From NCBI GenBank assembly GCA_044224875.1, contig JBGAJQ010000002.1, positions 128,001 through 192,000 of the forward strand: a stretch of 64,000 bases of DNA. Reading direction: 5' to 3'. Source of the DNA: Gemmatimonadaceae bacterium (GTDB lineage Bacteria > Gemmatimonadota > Gemmatimonadetes > Gemmatimonadales > Gemmatimonadaceae). The notes below the pieces were generated by a model. The model ran no database searches, had not been told where the DNA came from, and saw only the letters and a program-made list of their open reading frames with translations. Position 1 is the first letter of the stretch; each line of letters starts with the position of its first letter. A program made the position numbers and the translations under genes. Shown here one piece after another: positions 9,523 to 19,234 of the stretch.

Positions 9523-10146
9523 GCAGTTGATTCTTTGATGGGGAATAGAAGCCAGCGCGCGAGCGCTCGCTCGCGAACCAGCGGGACAACGAAAAAAACG
9601 TTAGGCAGATACGTACTAACTGGAGCCCATGTTCGGGCGCACTCGTGCGCCAAAGGCGCCGCAATGCAAATCCAGGATTCGTGAACTTGAGAAGGGAACC
9701 GTCGTGTTCTACGACACGACACCCACTGCCACCGCATCACACGGACAACTCACGTTTCGGCGATGACGACCTGCAACATCACTGCGACCGTCCGACCCGG
9801 ACATACCCGCCGGAACACAGGCCGGCGTTTGCTTGCTCGAGCGAGGGATCGTCGCTGACCGGGGCGACACACAACGTCGCCGGCGGGTAATACGAGTATC
9901 GCACCGCGCCTCGATTCGCGCAAGCTATCGACGGCTACCCACAAACTACTCCTGAGGGGGTACCCGTCCACCGCGAGCAGTGCTTCATCCTAATAGACCA
10001 ACGGAAGGCGACCGACGCAACATCACCGAGTACCGGGCTGGTCACGCCCGCGTCCAGTTGCGCCGTAGCTCCGTCGACGTTCCACACCTGCCTACCGCCC
10101 TCACAGGCCGGGCGTGCCTGCCCCAAGCGATCACATCCCGTTCGCC

Positions 10147-10836
10147 TTACCGCGTACCGATTCCCTCGAGGGAGCGCGTCACCTCAATCAAACGACGGCT
10201 CAGCTCGATGATGCGACCAATTGCTTGCTGGTGCTCCGGTGCGAGGTTCTCGAGTTGTAGCAGCTGCGCCTCGGCCAGGAGCGCGGCCAGTGGATTGTTG
10301 AGCGAGTGCTGCATTTTCATGGCAATCTCGCCGGCGGCCAACAAACGTTGCGTCTGACGGAGAAGCTTGAGGGAGTTCGCGATTCCAGGCGACGTGAGGG
10401 ACGCCGCATCGAGCCGCGTCGACGTGCGGATGGCCTGAGGCAGATGGGACGGAACGGTGGACATCTTGATGACATGCGTGATGCCCAAGCGGGCCCGCTC
10501 TACCTCGCTGCATCCGTCCGCCTCCTCGTCAGACGCAATGCAGATGGCAGGCGCCTTGAAGCCGCGCGCTCGCAGACTCCGCAACGTCTGCAGGACAGTC
10601 TGGGGGCTCCCGAACGCATCGATCAAGGCGCAGTCGGCGTCCGGCACCGTGCGAACGCTGGAAGGGTCAATCGCCGAGACCGCGGCGCCGGGGATTAGCG
10701 ACGCCACCAGCTGCGTCATCGCGGCGGCCGCCAGTTCGTCCGCGGCGATGCACGTTACCCGCAGTCGGGGTGTGCGATCGTCACCAGATTGACCCGACAG
10801 CGACTGCTCGTCCCGAGGACCGCTGGAATGGGTCAT
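10147..10836 (-). CDS. Receiver-like domain plus HisKA dimerisation domain, no HATPase
   Basis: REC-like DCALIDAFG segment; C-terminal H-box QHSLNNPLAALL, then a stop about 45 aa later; GGGAGG RBS before ATG at 10836. Confidence 0.7.
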   Translation of the reverse strand: MTHSSGPRDEQSLSGQSGDDRTPRLRVTCIAADELAAAAMTQLVASLIPGAAVSAIDPSSVRTVPDADCALIDAFGSPQTVLQTLRSLRARGFKAPAICIASDEEADGCSEVERARLGITHVIKMSTVPSHLPQAIRTSTRLDAASLTSPGIANSLKLLRQTQRLLAAGEIAMKMQHSLNNPLAALLAEAQLLQLENLAPEHQQAIGRIIELSRRLIEVTRSLEGIGTR

Positions 10837-10869
10837 GCGCCCCTCCCGTCGTCTCGATAATTTGCCAGC

Positions 10870-11469
10870 ATGCCCGCTCCAGAGGTCCCCAGCGTCTTTG
10901 CCGAATCGCTTGCGGCGGTGGTACGAAGATACCGATATGCGGGGGACCCTGTCGAACTTACGCATCGGCTGTCGCATCTCGCCAACGCCGCAACACCCGA
11001 CGCCGTGATCGCAGCCGCGGAAGACTATCGCGATGACCCGGATGTGATCGCCCCGCTATACGAGCGGATCGTCGAGGCACAGCCAGGGAACGCCCGGGCG
11101 CTGGTTATCCTCGCCAACGCCTTCTGGTTGCAGGGCCGCGGGCCGGAGACCGTCGGGCAGCTGGCCTCACGGGCCATCGAGTCTGATCCCACCAACCGAG
11201 GCGGGTGGCACCTTTGGGCGCTCTCAGAATCCGACCCACGCGAACGCGTGATCCGCTGGCAGCAGGTGCGTCAGCGATTCGGTGATGACCTGTTGGCCCT
11301 GGCCAACGTCGCGGACAACGCCTCTGCCGTGGCCGGTGCGGAATCGGACTATGACATGTTGGATCTGGCGGTGCAGGCCTATGAGGAGCTGCTTGCGCGA
11401 TCCGAAATCAAGGAACAACGCGACGCCGTCGAAACGGCGCTTCGCGCACTCAAAGGGTGGCGATTCTGA
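10870..11469 (+). CDS. Hypothetical TPR-like helical protein
   Basis: LYERIVEAQPGNARALVILANA and LASRAIESDPTN resemble TPR helices. Confidence 0.7.
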   Translation: MPAPEVPSVFAESLAAVVRRYRYAGDPVELTHRLSHLANAATPDAVIAAAEDYRDDPDVIAPLYERIVEAQPGNARALVILANAFWLQGRGPETVGQLASRAIESDPTNRGGWHLWALSESDPRERVIRWQQVRQRFGDDLLALANVADNASAVAGAESDYDMLDLAVQAYEELLARSEIKEQRDAVETALRALKGWRF

Positions 11470-11849
11470 CACACGATCATGACGGTTCGCCGGGCTCTCT
11501 TGCTGAATTCCGTGCGTTTCGCGAGCAGATGAACACCACGATCCTGGCAGAGAACAACCTGGTGGTGAATCGGTTCTTCGCACTCGACGGTCGCGCGTAC
11601 GAAGGCGGCGCGCTCGATGTGAAGACCAAAGAGTTGCTCGGTCTCGTGGCCTCCCTGGTGCTTCGCTGCGACGATTGCGTGACCTACCACGTGGTGCGCT
11701 GTGCGGAGGAGAAGGTCACCCGGGCGGAATTGTTCGAGACGCTGTCGATCGGGCTGATCGTCGGCGGGTCCATCACGATCCCACACCTGCGCCGCGCGGT
11801 GGCGCGTTGGGATGAACTCACGGTTGAGCAGAGCGACGGAAGTAGATGA
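11457..11849 (+). CDS. Carboxymuconolactone decarboxylase (AhpD-like) family protein
   Basis: ALDVKTKELLGLVASLVLRCDDCVTYH with CxxC, IVGGSITIPH; start uncertain. Confidence 0.88.
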   Translation: MAILTHDHDGSPGSLAEFRAFREQMNTTILAENNLVVNRFFALDGRAYEGGALDVKTKELLGLVASLVLRCDDCVTYHVVRCAEEKVTRAELFETLSIGLIVGGSITIPHLRRAVARWDELTVEQSDGSR

Positions 11850-12025
11850 GACGAGGGTGACGGAGGGGCCAGGATAACGCGGGTAGGTCGGCGCTTGATG
11901 GGGACACGGGGTGCTCGAGGCCCTCGCAATGTCCCGATTCGCTGGCGTTCAATTGCCGCTTTTTCGGTGGTCGAAACCCTTGGGGCCGTCGGACGTATCT
12001 AACTCCACGACCTCCCCTCACGGAC

Positions 12026-14203
12026 ATGCCGAACCGAGTCTCCGGTCGCTGGTGCCGTTTTCGTGCCGGCCTGCGCGCGTTACCCGCTGAAACCGCGCGC
12101 CAATGGATGCGCCGTCACCGCGCGTTGTCCGGCCTCGCAGTGCTCGGCCTGCTGGGGCTCGCCAGCTTCGACGCATGGGTGGCGACGTGTGGGTTCGAGG
12201 GCTGTCCAACCGACGCGGAGATCAAGGCCTACCAACCGAGTGAAGGGGAGCGGGTGTACGACCGCGGTGGCAAGTTGATCGGCCGCCTGACGAGTGTGCG
12301 CCGGAGCAACGTGTCCCTGAGCAAGGTACCGTCGCACGTGCGGCAAGCATTCGTGGCGACAGAGGATCGGCGTTTCTTTGCCCACCATGGGGTGGACTGG
12401 TACGGCGCTGGCCGGGCGGTCGTGCGAAACGTGAGCGCCATGGGTGTGCGCGAGGGATTCAGCACGATCACGATGCAACTGGCACGGAATTCCTTCCTCG
12501 CGCACCGCGTGCGCGGGGATCGTTCGTTGGCCCGAAAGATCCTCGAATTGCGCCTGGCCCGATTGCTCGAGTTGAACCTCACCAAGGACCAGATTCTCGA
12601 ACGGTACCTGAACGCCATTTACCTCGGTAATGGCGTATACGGCGTGGATGGAGCAAGTCGGGACCTGTTCGGCAAGCGCGTGTCGCAACTGACGGTTGCG
12701 GAGGGAGCGATGCTGGCGGCGCTTCCCAAGGGGCCGTCGGCGTACACGCCCAAGAGCAACCCCGAGCGCGGCAGGGAGCGTCGCGACCTGGTGCTCACCC
12801 TCATGCGCCGTGAGGGGTACCTGGACGATGACGCGCTGAACGAGGCGCGCGACGAACCATTGGACATCGCCGCGGACGATTGGTTTCCGCCGGCAACCAA
12901 CGAGTCGTACGCCTTGGACGCGGTGCGGGCGCAGGTGGATACGATCCTTCGCACGCTCGGTCTCGCCGGAACCGACGTACGGGTACACACGACGTTGGAT
13001 CTGACGGCTCAGCGCGCTGCCGAGCGGGCGGTGCGGAGCCGAGCGGCCGCGATCGAGCAGGATCTCACCGGCGACTATTGGGAGAGTGGCGACGGTGAAG
13101 CTGGCGGACGCAGCGGTGGGCTGGAGGGGGCGATGGTTGCCGTGGATCCGCGCACGGGCGATATCCGGGCGCTGGTTGGGGGTCGCACGTATCGCCGCGG
13201 GGCGTTTAACCGCGCCACCATGGCGCGACGCCAGCCGGGATCTGCCTTCAAGCCATTCGTCTACGCGGCTGCGCTCGCCATCGGGATGACGCCAGCGTCC
13301 ATGGTCGACGACGAACCGGTCGAGGTTCGCACCGGTCGTCAGGTATGGGCGCCAGCGAACTACGGCGACGAGTATCAGGGTCGGGTTACCCTACGAAAGG
13401 CGCTGATGCACTCATCGAATGCGGCCACCGTTCGCGTGAGCCGAAGCGTGGGCGAACGGCGCGTGATCGATGTGGCCCATCGTTCGGGCATTCACTCACC
13501 CATTTCGGCGGTGCCGGCGGTTGCGTTAGGTGCGTTGGAAGTCACACCACTCGAGTTGGTGACGGCCTACGCGCCCTTTGCCAATGGCGGGTTCCGCGTC
13601 ACGCCTCGCTTGGTGCGCCGCATCGAGGGGGTCGACGGACGCGTGATCTGGACGAGCCACGTGGAGCGTGACTCGGTGATGGACGCCCGTGATGCCTACC
13701 AGCTGACGTCCATGCTGCGATCGGTCGTCGACCACGGTACGGGGCACGCCGTGCGGGGATATGGAGTGACGGGCCCAGTGGCGGGGAAGACCGGCACCAC
13801 GAACGATGGGCAGGACGTATGGTTCGTCGGCTACACCCCGACCTTGGTGGCTGGGTTCTGGTTCGGGTATGACACGCCACGATCGTTAGGCTCCGACGCG
13901 TCCGGTGGACGATTGGCGGCGCCGGCATGGGCTGAGTTCGTCCGTGACGGGTGGCGTGAGCACGCCAGCGAACGTGCCTGGGCCGCCCCATCGGGGATGG
14001 TGATGGCCGAGATTGACTCTGAGACGGGGGAGCTGGCGGGGGAGTGGTGTCCACACCGCCAGCGCGAGTGGTTCAAGCCGGGAACGGAACCCACGCAGCC
14101 GTGCCGCGAGCACGCCGATGGGGCGGACCACGAGTGGCGCCTGGACGAACGGGAACTCGATGCGCGCGTGCGCACGCTGTTGAAGCGCCTGTTGCGGTGG
14201 TAG
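12026..14203 (+). CDS. Class A penicillin-binding protein (PBP1A family)
   Basis: Transglycosylase EDRRFFAHHG, GFSTITMQL, RKILE, KDQILERYLN; transpeptidase SAFK, SSN, KTGT. Confidence 0.95.
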   Translation: MPNRVSGRWCRFRAGLRALPAETARQWMRRHRALSGLAVLGLLGLASFDAWVATCGFEGCPTDAEIKAYQPSEGERVYDRGGKLIGRLTSVRRSNVSLSKVPSHVRQAFVATEDRRFFAHHGVDWYGAGRAVVRNVSAMGVREGFSTITMQLARNSFLAHRVRGDRSLARKILELRLARLLELNLTKDQILERYLNAIYLGNGVYGVDGASRDLFGKRVSQLTVAEGAMLAALPKGPSAYTPKSNPERGRERRDLVLTLMRREGYLDDDALNEARDEPLDIAADDWFPPATNESYALDAVRAQVDTILRTLGLAGTDVRVHTTLDLTAQRAAERAVRSRAAAIEQDLTGDYWESGDGEAGGRSGGLEGAMVAVDPRTGDIRALVGGRTYRRGAFNRATMARRQPGSAFKPFVYAAALAIGMTPASMVDDEPVEVRTGRQVWAPANYGDEYQGRVTLRKALMHSSNAATVRVSRSVGERRVIDVAHRSGIHSPISAVPAVALGALEVTPLELVTAYAPFANGGFRVTPRLVRRIEGVDGRVIWTSHVERDSVMDARDAYQLTSMLRSVVDHGTGHAVRGYGVTGPVAGKTGTTNDGQDVWFVGYTPTLVAGFWFGYDTPRSLGSDASGGRLAAPAWAEFVRDGWREHASERAWAAPSGMVMAEIDSETGELAGEWCPHRQREWFKPGTEPTQPCREHADGADHEWRLDERELDARVRTLLKRLLRW

Positions 14204-14315
14204 CGTTAGGTCGCCGGTTCGGGCCGGACGCCGTTGAAGAATGCGCAGGAGCAGCACTCACATCGACACACCGCTTCCATAGCCGCAGGCTTCACCCTCA
14301 GCGGACCAACCCAGC

Positions 14316-15275
14316 GTGCCCCGTATCCAAGTTGCCCAGATCGAACGCGCGTACACCGCCATCGACCCTGCCTTTCTGCACTCTCCTCAGCTGGAATCGG
14401 GACCGCTCGGGGCATACTGCGACGCGCACATCATCCTGAAGGATGAGACGCAGAATCCGATTCGCTCCTTCAAGGGCCGTGGGGCGGACTTCTTTGTCCA
14501 CGAGTTGCCGGCGCGGCCGGCGCGCCTGGTCTGCGCATCCGCGGGAAATTTTGGGCAGGGGCTGGCGTACGCCTCAGTCAGGCGCGGGATCGCCTGCGAC
14601 GTGTTTGCGGCGCTCACCGCGAATCCGCTCAAGATCGAGCGAATGCGCGCCCTGGGCGCGACGGTGAAGCTGGCGGGTGACGATTTCGATGCCGCAAAAG
14701 ATGCCGCACGCGCCTATGCCTCGGCCGCTGGGGTGCCCTTCGTTGAGGACGGGCGAGACGTCAGCATCAGTGAAGGAGCGGGTACACTTGGCATCGAGCT
14801 CCTGAGCGGACCCGTGCGGCCCGATATCATCGTCATTCCGTTGGGCAATGGCGCCTTACTCGGCGGCGTCGCCACATATGTCAAACACATGTCTCCATCC
14901 ATTCGCGTCATCGGCGTGTGTGCTGCCGGGGCCAGCGCCATGGAGCAGTCATGGCGACGGAAGACCATGATTACGACGCCAGACGCCCGCACGATCGCCG
15001 ATGGGATCGCGGTCCGCGTGCCAATTCAAGAGGCCCTCGACGACCTTCGCGACGTGGTCGACGACATTGTGCTCGTCTCGGACGATGAGATCCTATCCGG
15101 CATGCACTTCATGCACTTCATGTTCCGTGAGCACGAGCAGATGCTCGAACCGGCGGGGGCGGTGGGTGTTGCGGCGCTCATGGCGCGCCGGAAGGACTTC
15201 AAGGGAGCGACCGTTGCCACCGTGCTCTGCGGGGCCAACGTCACGCCGGAGCAGATGCGACGCTGGTTTGCCTGA
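14316..15275 (+). CDS. PLP-dependent threonine/serine dehydratase family protein
   Basis: NPIRSFKGRG (PLP Lys), ASAGNFGQG, PLGNGAL, TIADGIAV, EPAGA, LCGAN. Confidence 0.9.
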   Translation: MPRIQVAQIERAYTAIDPAFLHSPQLESGPLGAYCDAHIILKDETQNPIRSFKGRGADFFVHELPARPARLVCASAGNFGQGLAYASVRRGIACDVFAALTANPLKIERMRALGATVKLAGDDFDAAKDAARAYASAAGVPFVEDGRDVSISEGAGTLGIELLSGPVRPDIIVIPLGNGALLGGVATYVKHMSPSIRVIGVCAAGASAMEQSWRRKTMITTPDARTIADGIAVRVPIQEALDDLRDVVDDIVLVSDDEILSGMHFMHFMFREHEQMLEPAGAVGVAALMARRKDFKGATVATVLCGANVTPEQMRRWFA

Positions 15276-15330
15276 CCCTGTCGCCACACACGTAGTTGTG
15301 AAGGGTTGGTAAAAAGAGGGGGGATGACGA

Positions 15331-15357
15331 AACCAAATCCGCGAATGCTCTGTCCAA
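15331..15357 (+). promoter_or_regulatory. Putative ECF-sigma promoter AAC-N17-TGTCCAA
   Basis: Same elements and spacing as the motif upstream of the ECF gene at 57242-57268. Confidence 0.45.
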
Positions 15358-15387
15358 TCGCCACCTCGCTGCAAAAAGGACAGAGCC

Positions 15388-17937
15388 GTGATTCTTGCCG
15401 CCATGACATTCGGGTCGCTCGCATTGATGTGGCCCCAGCAGTCTTCGAAGCCTGATTCCACGCCCGTCGTCAGTTCAGCTACAGCGGTCCGAGTGGCGCA
15501 CACGCCGGTGATTGATGGTCGAGGTGACGAGGGGGTGTGGACCACGGCGCCGCGCTACTCGGGCTTCCTGATGTTCCAACCGAAGGTGGACTCCGCCCCG
15601 CGGTTCAAGACCGAGTTTCAGGCGGCATACGACGAAAAGAACCTGTACGTGTTCGTCCGGATGTTTGACCCGCACCCCGACAGCATCATGCACGCGCTCA
15701 CACGACGCGACGTGCGCGGGCCGTCCGACCAGATCAAGATCCTGGTGGACTCCTACAACGACAAGCGCACCGGGTACGAGTTTGCGGTGAACCCGGATGG
15801 GGTCAAGCGTGACTACGCCATCTCCAATGACGGCAACGAGGATGAGTCGTGGAACGGCATTTGGGACGTTGGCACCGCGGTTGATTCGTTAGGATGGACA
15901 GCCGAATTCCGGATACCGCTATCGCAGCTGCGGTACGCTGGGCGCGAGGATCATGTGTTCGGGTTTGGCGTGTGGCGCGACCTCGAGAGGTACAACGAGC
16001 GCTTTGCGTGGCCTCCGTATTCTCCCACGCGCAACGGACTGGCCTCGCAGCTGGGGAGCCTCACTGGGCTCGCCGGCATCACCAACGCCAGGCGCCTGGA
16101 GATCACGCCGTACGCCGTTACGAAGAACGTGCAGCGTACACTCCCCAATGCCCGCTTCGGTCGCGACGGTCAGGTAACGATCGGCGGAGACCTCAAGTTC
16201 GGCATCACGCCGAACATCACGCTCGACGCGACCGTCAACCCCGACTTCGGCCAGGTTGAGGCCGATCCCGCAGTCGTGAACCTGACGGCCTTCGAGACGT
16301 TCTTCGAAGAGCGGCGACCGTTCTTTGTGGAAGGCACGGGGCTCTACCAGTTCCAGCTCAACTGCTACATCGTCGTGGACTGCCAAACCAACGAGGGTCT
16401 GTTCTATTCGCGTCGTATCGGGCGGTCGCCGTCGTTAGGCGGACTGTACGGGGACGAATCCACACCGAACGCCACGCCGATCGCTGGTGCCACCAAGCTC
16501 ACCGGTCGCACGCGATCGGGCCTGTCATTCGGGTTGCTCGACGCCGTGACGCCTCGTGTGCAGGGTGGGCAGGATCGTACGGTAGAGCCGGGGACGAACT
16601 ACGCCGTACTCAGCGCCCAACAGGACCTGCGCGGAGGCGAAGCCGGTGTCAGCGTGCTGGCCACGGCGGTTAACCGTTCGCTCGACCAGGTGACGAGGCC
16701 GTATCTCCACCACGATGCCTACGCCGCAGGAACGTCGTTCCGCAATCGCTTCCACCAAGGTCAGTACGAGCTGTCGGGCCAACTGACGGCGTCCAGAATC
16801 AGCGGCTCCCGCGACGTCATCTACCGGACCCAGACGAATGGGGTGCACTACTACCAGCAGCCGGGCGACGACCTCGCGGTCGACTCCAACCGCACCTCAC
16901 TCTTTGGGCACGCTGAGCAGTTGAAGTTCGGGAAGTACGGCGGCGGCATCACCCGCTTTGAAACCAGCGTGGTCCGGCAGTCGGCGGGCTTCGACGTGAA
17001 CGACATCGGCTACCTGCGCCGAGCGGACATCCTGGATTGGAGCACCTGGGCGGCGCTGTCGTTTCGCACGGCGCGCGGCATTTACCGATGGGCGCAGCTG
17101 AACGGCAACCACTGGGAGCACTGGAACACGTCCGGTACGCGCCTCGAAAACGCCGTGAACTTCAACGGCCACATGGGGCTCAACAACAACTGGGATGTTC
17201 ACCTGGGGAGTACATTCGCTGGTCTGACGGAGAGCTACTGCGATCGGTGCACGCGTGGTGGCCCCCTGCTGCGCGACTCGCGAGGCATCTATCCGTGGGG
17301 CGGCATCAACACCGACAGCCGCAAGCGAGTCTCGGGCGGCATGTGGGTGAACCTGCGCTACACGGACGAGGGCAAGACGACCGGGACCTCGCTCAGCCCC
17401 TACGTAACGTTTCGGCTGTCGCCACGCGTGCAAGCCAATGTGGGTGCCGGTGTCTCCAACGATCACAACAATACGCAATGGTTCGGAAACTTCACCGACC
17501 TGACCGGAGACACGCACTACGCGTTCGCGCACCTGCACCAGCGCACGGTGTCCATGAGCACGCGCATCAACTACACGATGACACCGACGCTCACCTTCGA
17601 GTTTTACGGTCAGCCGTTCGTGGCCACTGGCACCTACTCGGATGTGCGCGAGATCAGTGCAACACCCGATGCGGCAAAGTACGCCGACCGCTTCCGGGCA
17701 TACACGCCGCCTGACGGTTCAGAGCTGGAATTTCGATACCGTCAGCTACGAACGAACGCCGTCGTTCGATGGGAATACCGTCCGGGTTCAACGCTTTTCC
17801 TGGTGTGGGCACACGGTCGTGAGGACTACGCCAACGAGCATCCCGAGCAGTCCTGGATGCGCGACTATCGCGAGATCTTCAAGCTGCACCCGGACAACAC
17901 ATTCCTGATCAAGGCGGCCTACTGGTTGAATCGTTAG
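15388..17937 (+). CDS. DUF5916 protein with N-terminal CBM9-like domain (probable outer-membrane protein)
   Basis: PVIDGRGDEGVW, GWTAEFRIPLSQLRY, LDATVNPDFGQVEAD, FFEERRPFFVEG, RWEYRPGSTLFLVW. Confidence 0.88.
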   Translation: MILAAMTFGSLALMWPQQSSKPDSTPVVSSATAVRVAHTPVIDGRGDEGVWTTAPRYSGFLMFQPKVDSAPRFKTEFQAAYDEKNLYVFVRMFDPHPDSIMHALTRRDVRGPSDQIKILVDSYNDKRTGYEFAVNPDGVKRDYAISNDGNEDESWNGIWDVGTAVDSLGWTAEFRIPLSQLRYAGREDHVFGFGVWRDLERYNERFAWPPYSPTRNGLASQLGSLTGLAGITNARRLEITPYAVTKNVQRTLPNARFGRDGQVTIGGDLKFGITPNITLDATVNPDFGQVEADPAVVNLTAFETFFEERRPFFVEGTGLYQFQLNCYIVVDCQTNEGLFYSRRIGRSPSLGGLYGDESTPNATPIAGATKLTGRTRSGLSFGLLDAVTPRVQGGQDRTVEPGTNYAVLSAQQDLRGGEAGVSVLATAVNRSLDQVTRPYLHHDAYAAGTSFRNRFHQGQYELSGQLTASRISGSRDVIYRTQTNGVHYYQQPGDDLAVDSNRTSLFGHAEQLKFGKYGGGITRFETSVVRQSAGFDVNDIGYLRRADILDWSTWAALSFRTARGIYRWAQLNGNHWEHWNTSGTRLENAVNFNGHMGLNNNWDVHLGSTFAGLTESYCDRCTRGGPLLRDSRGIYPWGGINTDSRKRVSGGMWVNLRYTDEGKTTGTSLSPYVTFRLSPRVQANVGAGVSNDHNNTQWFGNFTDLTGDTHYAFAHLHQRTVSMSTRINYTMTPTLTFEFYGQPFVATGTYSDVREISATPDAAKYADRFRAYTPPDGSELEFRYRQLRTNAVVRWEYRPGSTLFLVWAHGREDYANEHPEQSWMRDYREIFKLHPDNTFLIKAAYWLNR

Positions 17938-17943
17938 GCGGTC

Positions 17944-19206
17944 CTACAGCAGTCCCAACCAACTGGCGCGATCGCCCGCGAAACCCGGGAAGATCGCGTC
18001 AGTGCGTTCCGCCCCCATATGGCGTGACACGATTTCGCTGAAGACGGATCGGAAGTCGGTGGTGAGCGCGAGGTCTCGCCCCTCGTACAGCTGTTCCCGC
18101 TCCAGGCCCGGCCACTTCCCGTGCACCCGCGCGCCATGCACGGCGCCGCCGATCACGAACATGGAGCCGGCATGACCGTGGTCCGTGCCGCCAGTTCCAT
18201 TCTGGCGCGCCATTCGACCGAACTCGGACATGGTGACGATCACCACGTCCTGCATGCGATCGCCAAGGTCGGTGACGAAGGCGGCGATGGACCGGGCGAA
18301 GTCATCGAGCCGATTCGCCATGAGACCGTTGACTGCACCCTGATTCACGTGGGTGTCCCAACCGCCCACGTCGGCGAACGCCACTTGCAGCCCAAGATTT
18401 GCCTTGATCAGCTGCGCGATCTCCCGCAGGCGCTGGCCTAATGTGCCACGAGGGTACTCGGCGCCGCGTTCCGTGGTGTAGCGTGCGGGGTTGGCGGCTC
18501 GAAGCATCTTCACCGCCTCGAACATGTCGCGTCCTGCGCCGTGCACGAGGTCCACTTCACCGGTGCGGTATAGCGCTTCCAGCTGGCTGGCGGATGCGTC
18601 AGGGGCCCGTACGGTGAATTCGCCTAACGAACTCATGGCCACCACCGCTTCCGGTCCTTCGAGGACGCGGGGGGTCTGAGGGGTCATGGACACGGCCCGG
18701 AATGGCGACGGGGGCGTAGTTGCGCAGGCCTCACAGGTCCCACGAACCGCGAGCAATCGGTTCAACCAACCATCCCTCGTCGCCTTCACGTCCGGCGTAC
18801 CCGACTCCATGTAGTCCTGCGCGTCGAAATGCGAGCGGGTGCTGCTTGGGCTTCCCACGGCATGGATGGGTGCCAGCATTCCCTGTCGATAGAGCGGAGC
18901 CAAGGCACCAAGCGATGGATGCAGGCCGAAGAACCCGTCGAGGTCGATGGCCGCTGCGCCGTCGCGGCCCTTGCCGGGAGTGGGTATGGCCAGATTGGGC
19001 CGCAGGTCGTAGTACGCGCGCTCGCCAAACGGGACGAGCATGTTCAGTGCGTCCGCCGCACCTCGCTGGAAGAGGCACACCAGGATCTTGCCCTCACGCG
19101 ACGGCGGCAGCTCGGCGGCGAAGGCCGTTCGTCGCAGGAACGACGGGCTCAGACCCATCGTCACCAGCGTGAGCGCGCTGTTGCGCAAGAAGGCTCGTCG
19201 TTGCAT
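17944..19206 (-). CDS. DUF1501 family protein, Tat signal
   Basis: MQRRAFL, FQRGAADALN, FFGLHP, RSHFDAQ, GGWDTH, SEFGR, GTDHGH. Confidence 0.92.
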   Translation of the reverse strand: MQRRAFLRNSALTLVTMGLSPSFLRRTAFAAELPPSREGKILVCLFQRGAADALNMLVPFGERAYYDLRPNLAIPTPGKGRDGAAAIDLDGFFGLHPSLGALAPLYRQGMLAPIHAVGSPSSTRSHFDAQDYMESGTPDVKATRDGWLNRLLAVRGTCEACATTPPSPFRAVSMTPQTPRVLEGPEAVVAMSSLGEFTVRAPDASASQLEALYRTGEVDLVHGAGRDMFEAVKMLRAANPARYTTERGAEYPRGTLGQRLREIAQLIKANLGLQVAFADVGGWDTHVNQGAVNGLMANRLDDFARSIAAFVTDLGDRMQDVVIVTMSEFGRMARQNGTGGTDHGHAGSMFVIGGAVHGARVHGKWPGLEREQLYEGRDLALTTDFRSVFSEIVSRHMGAERTDAIFPGFAGDRASWLGLL

Positions 19207-19234
19207 CGGATACTCCGTCGCTGTGATGGTGGGG

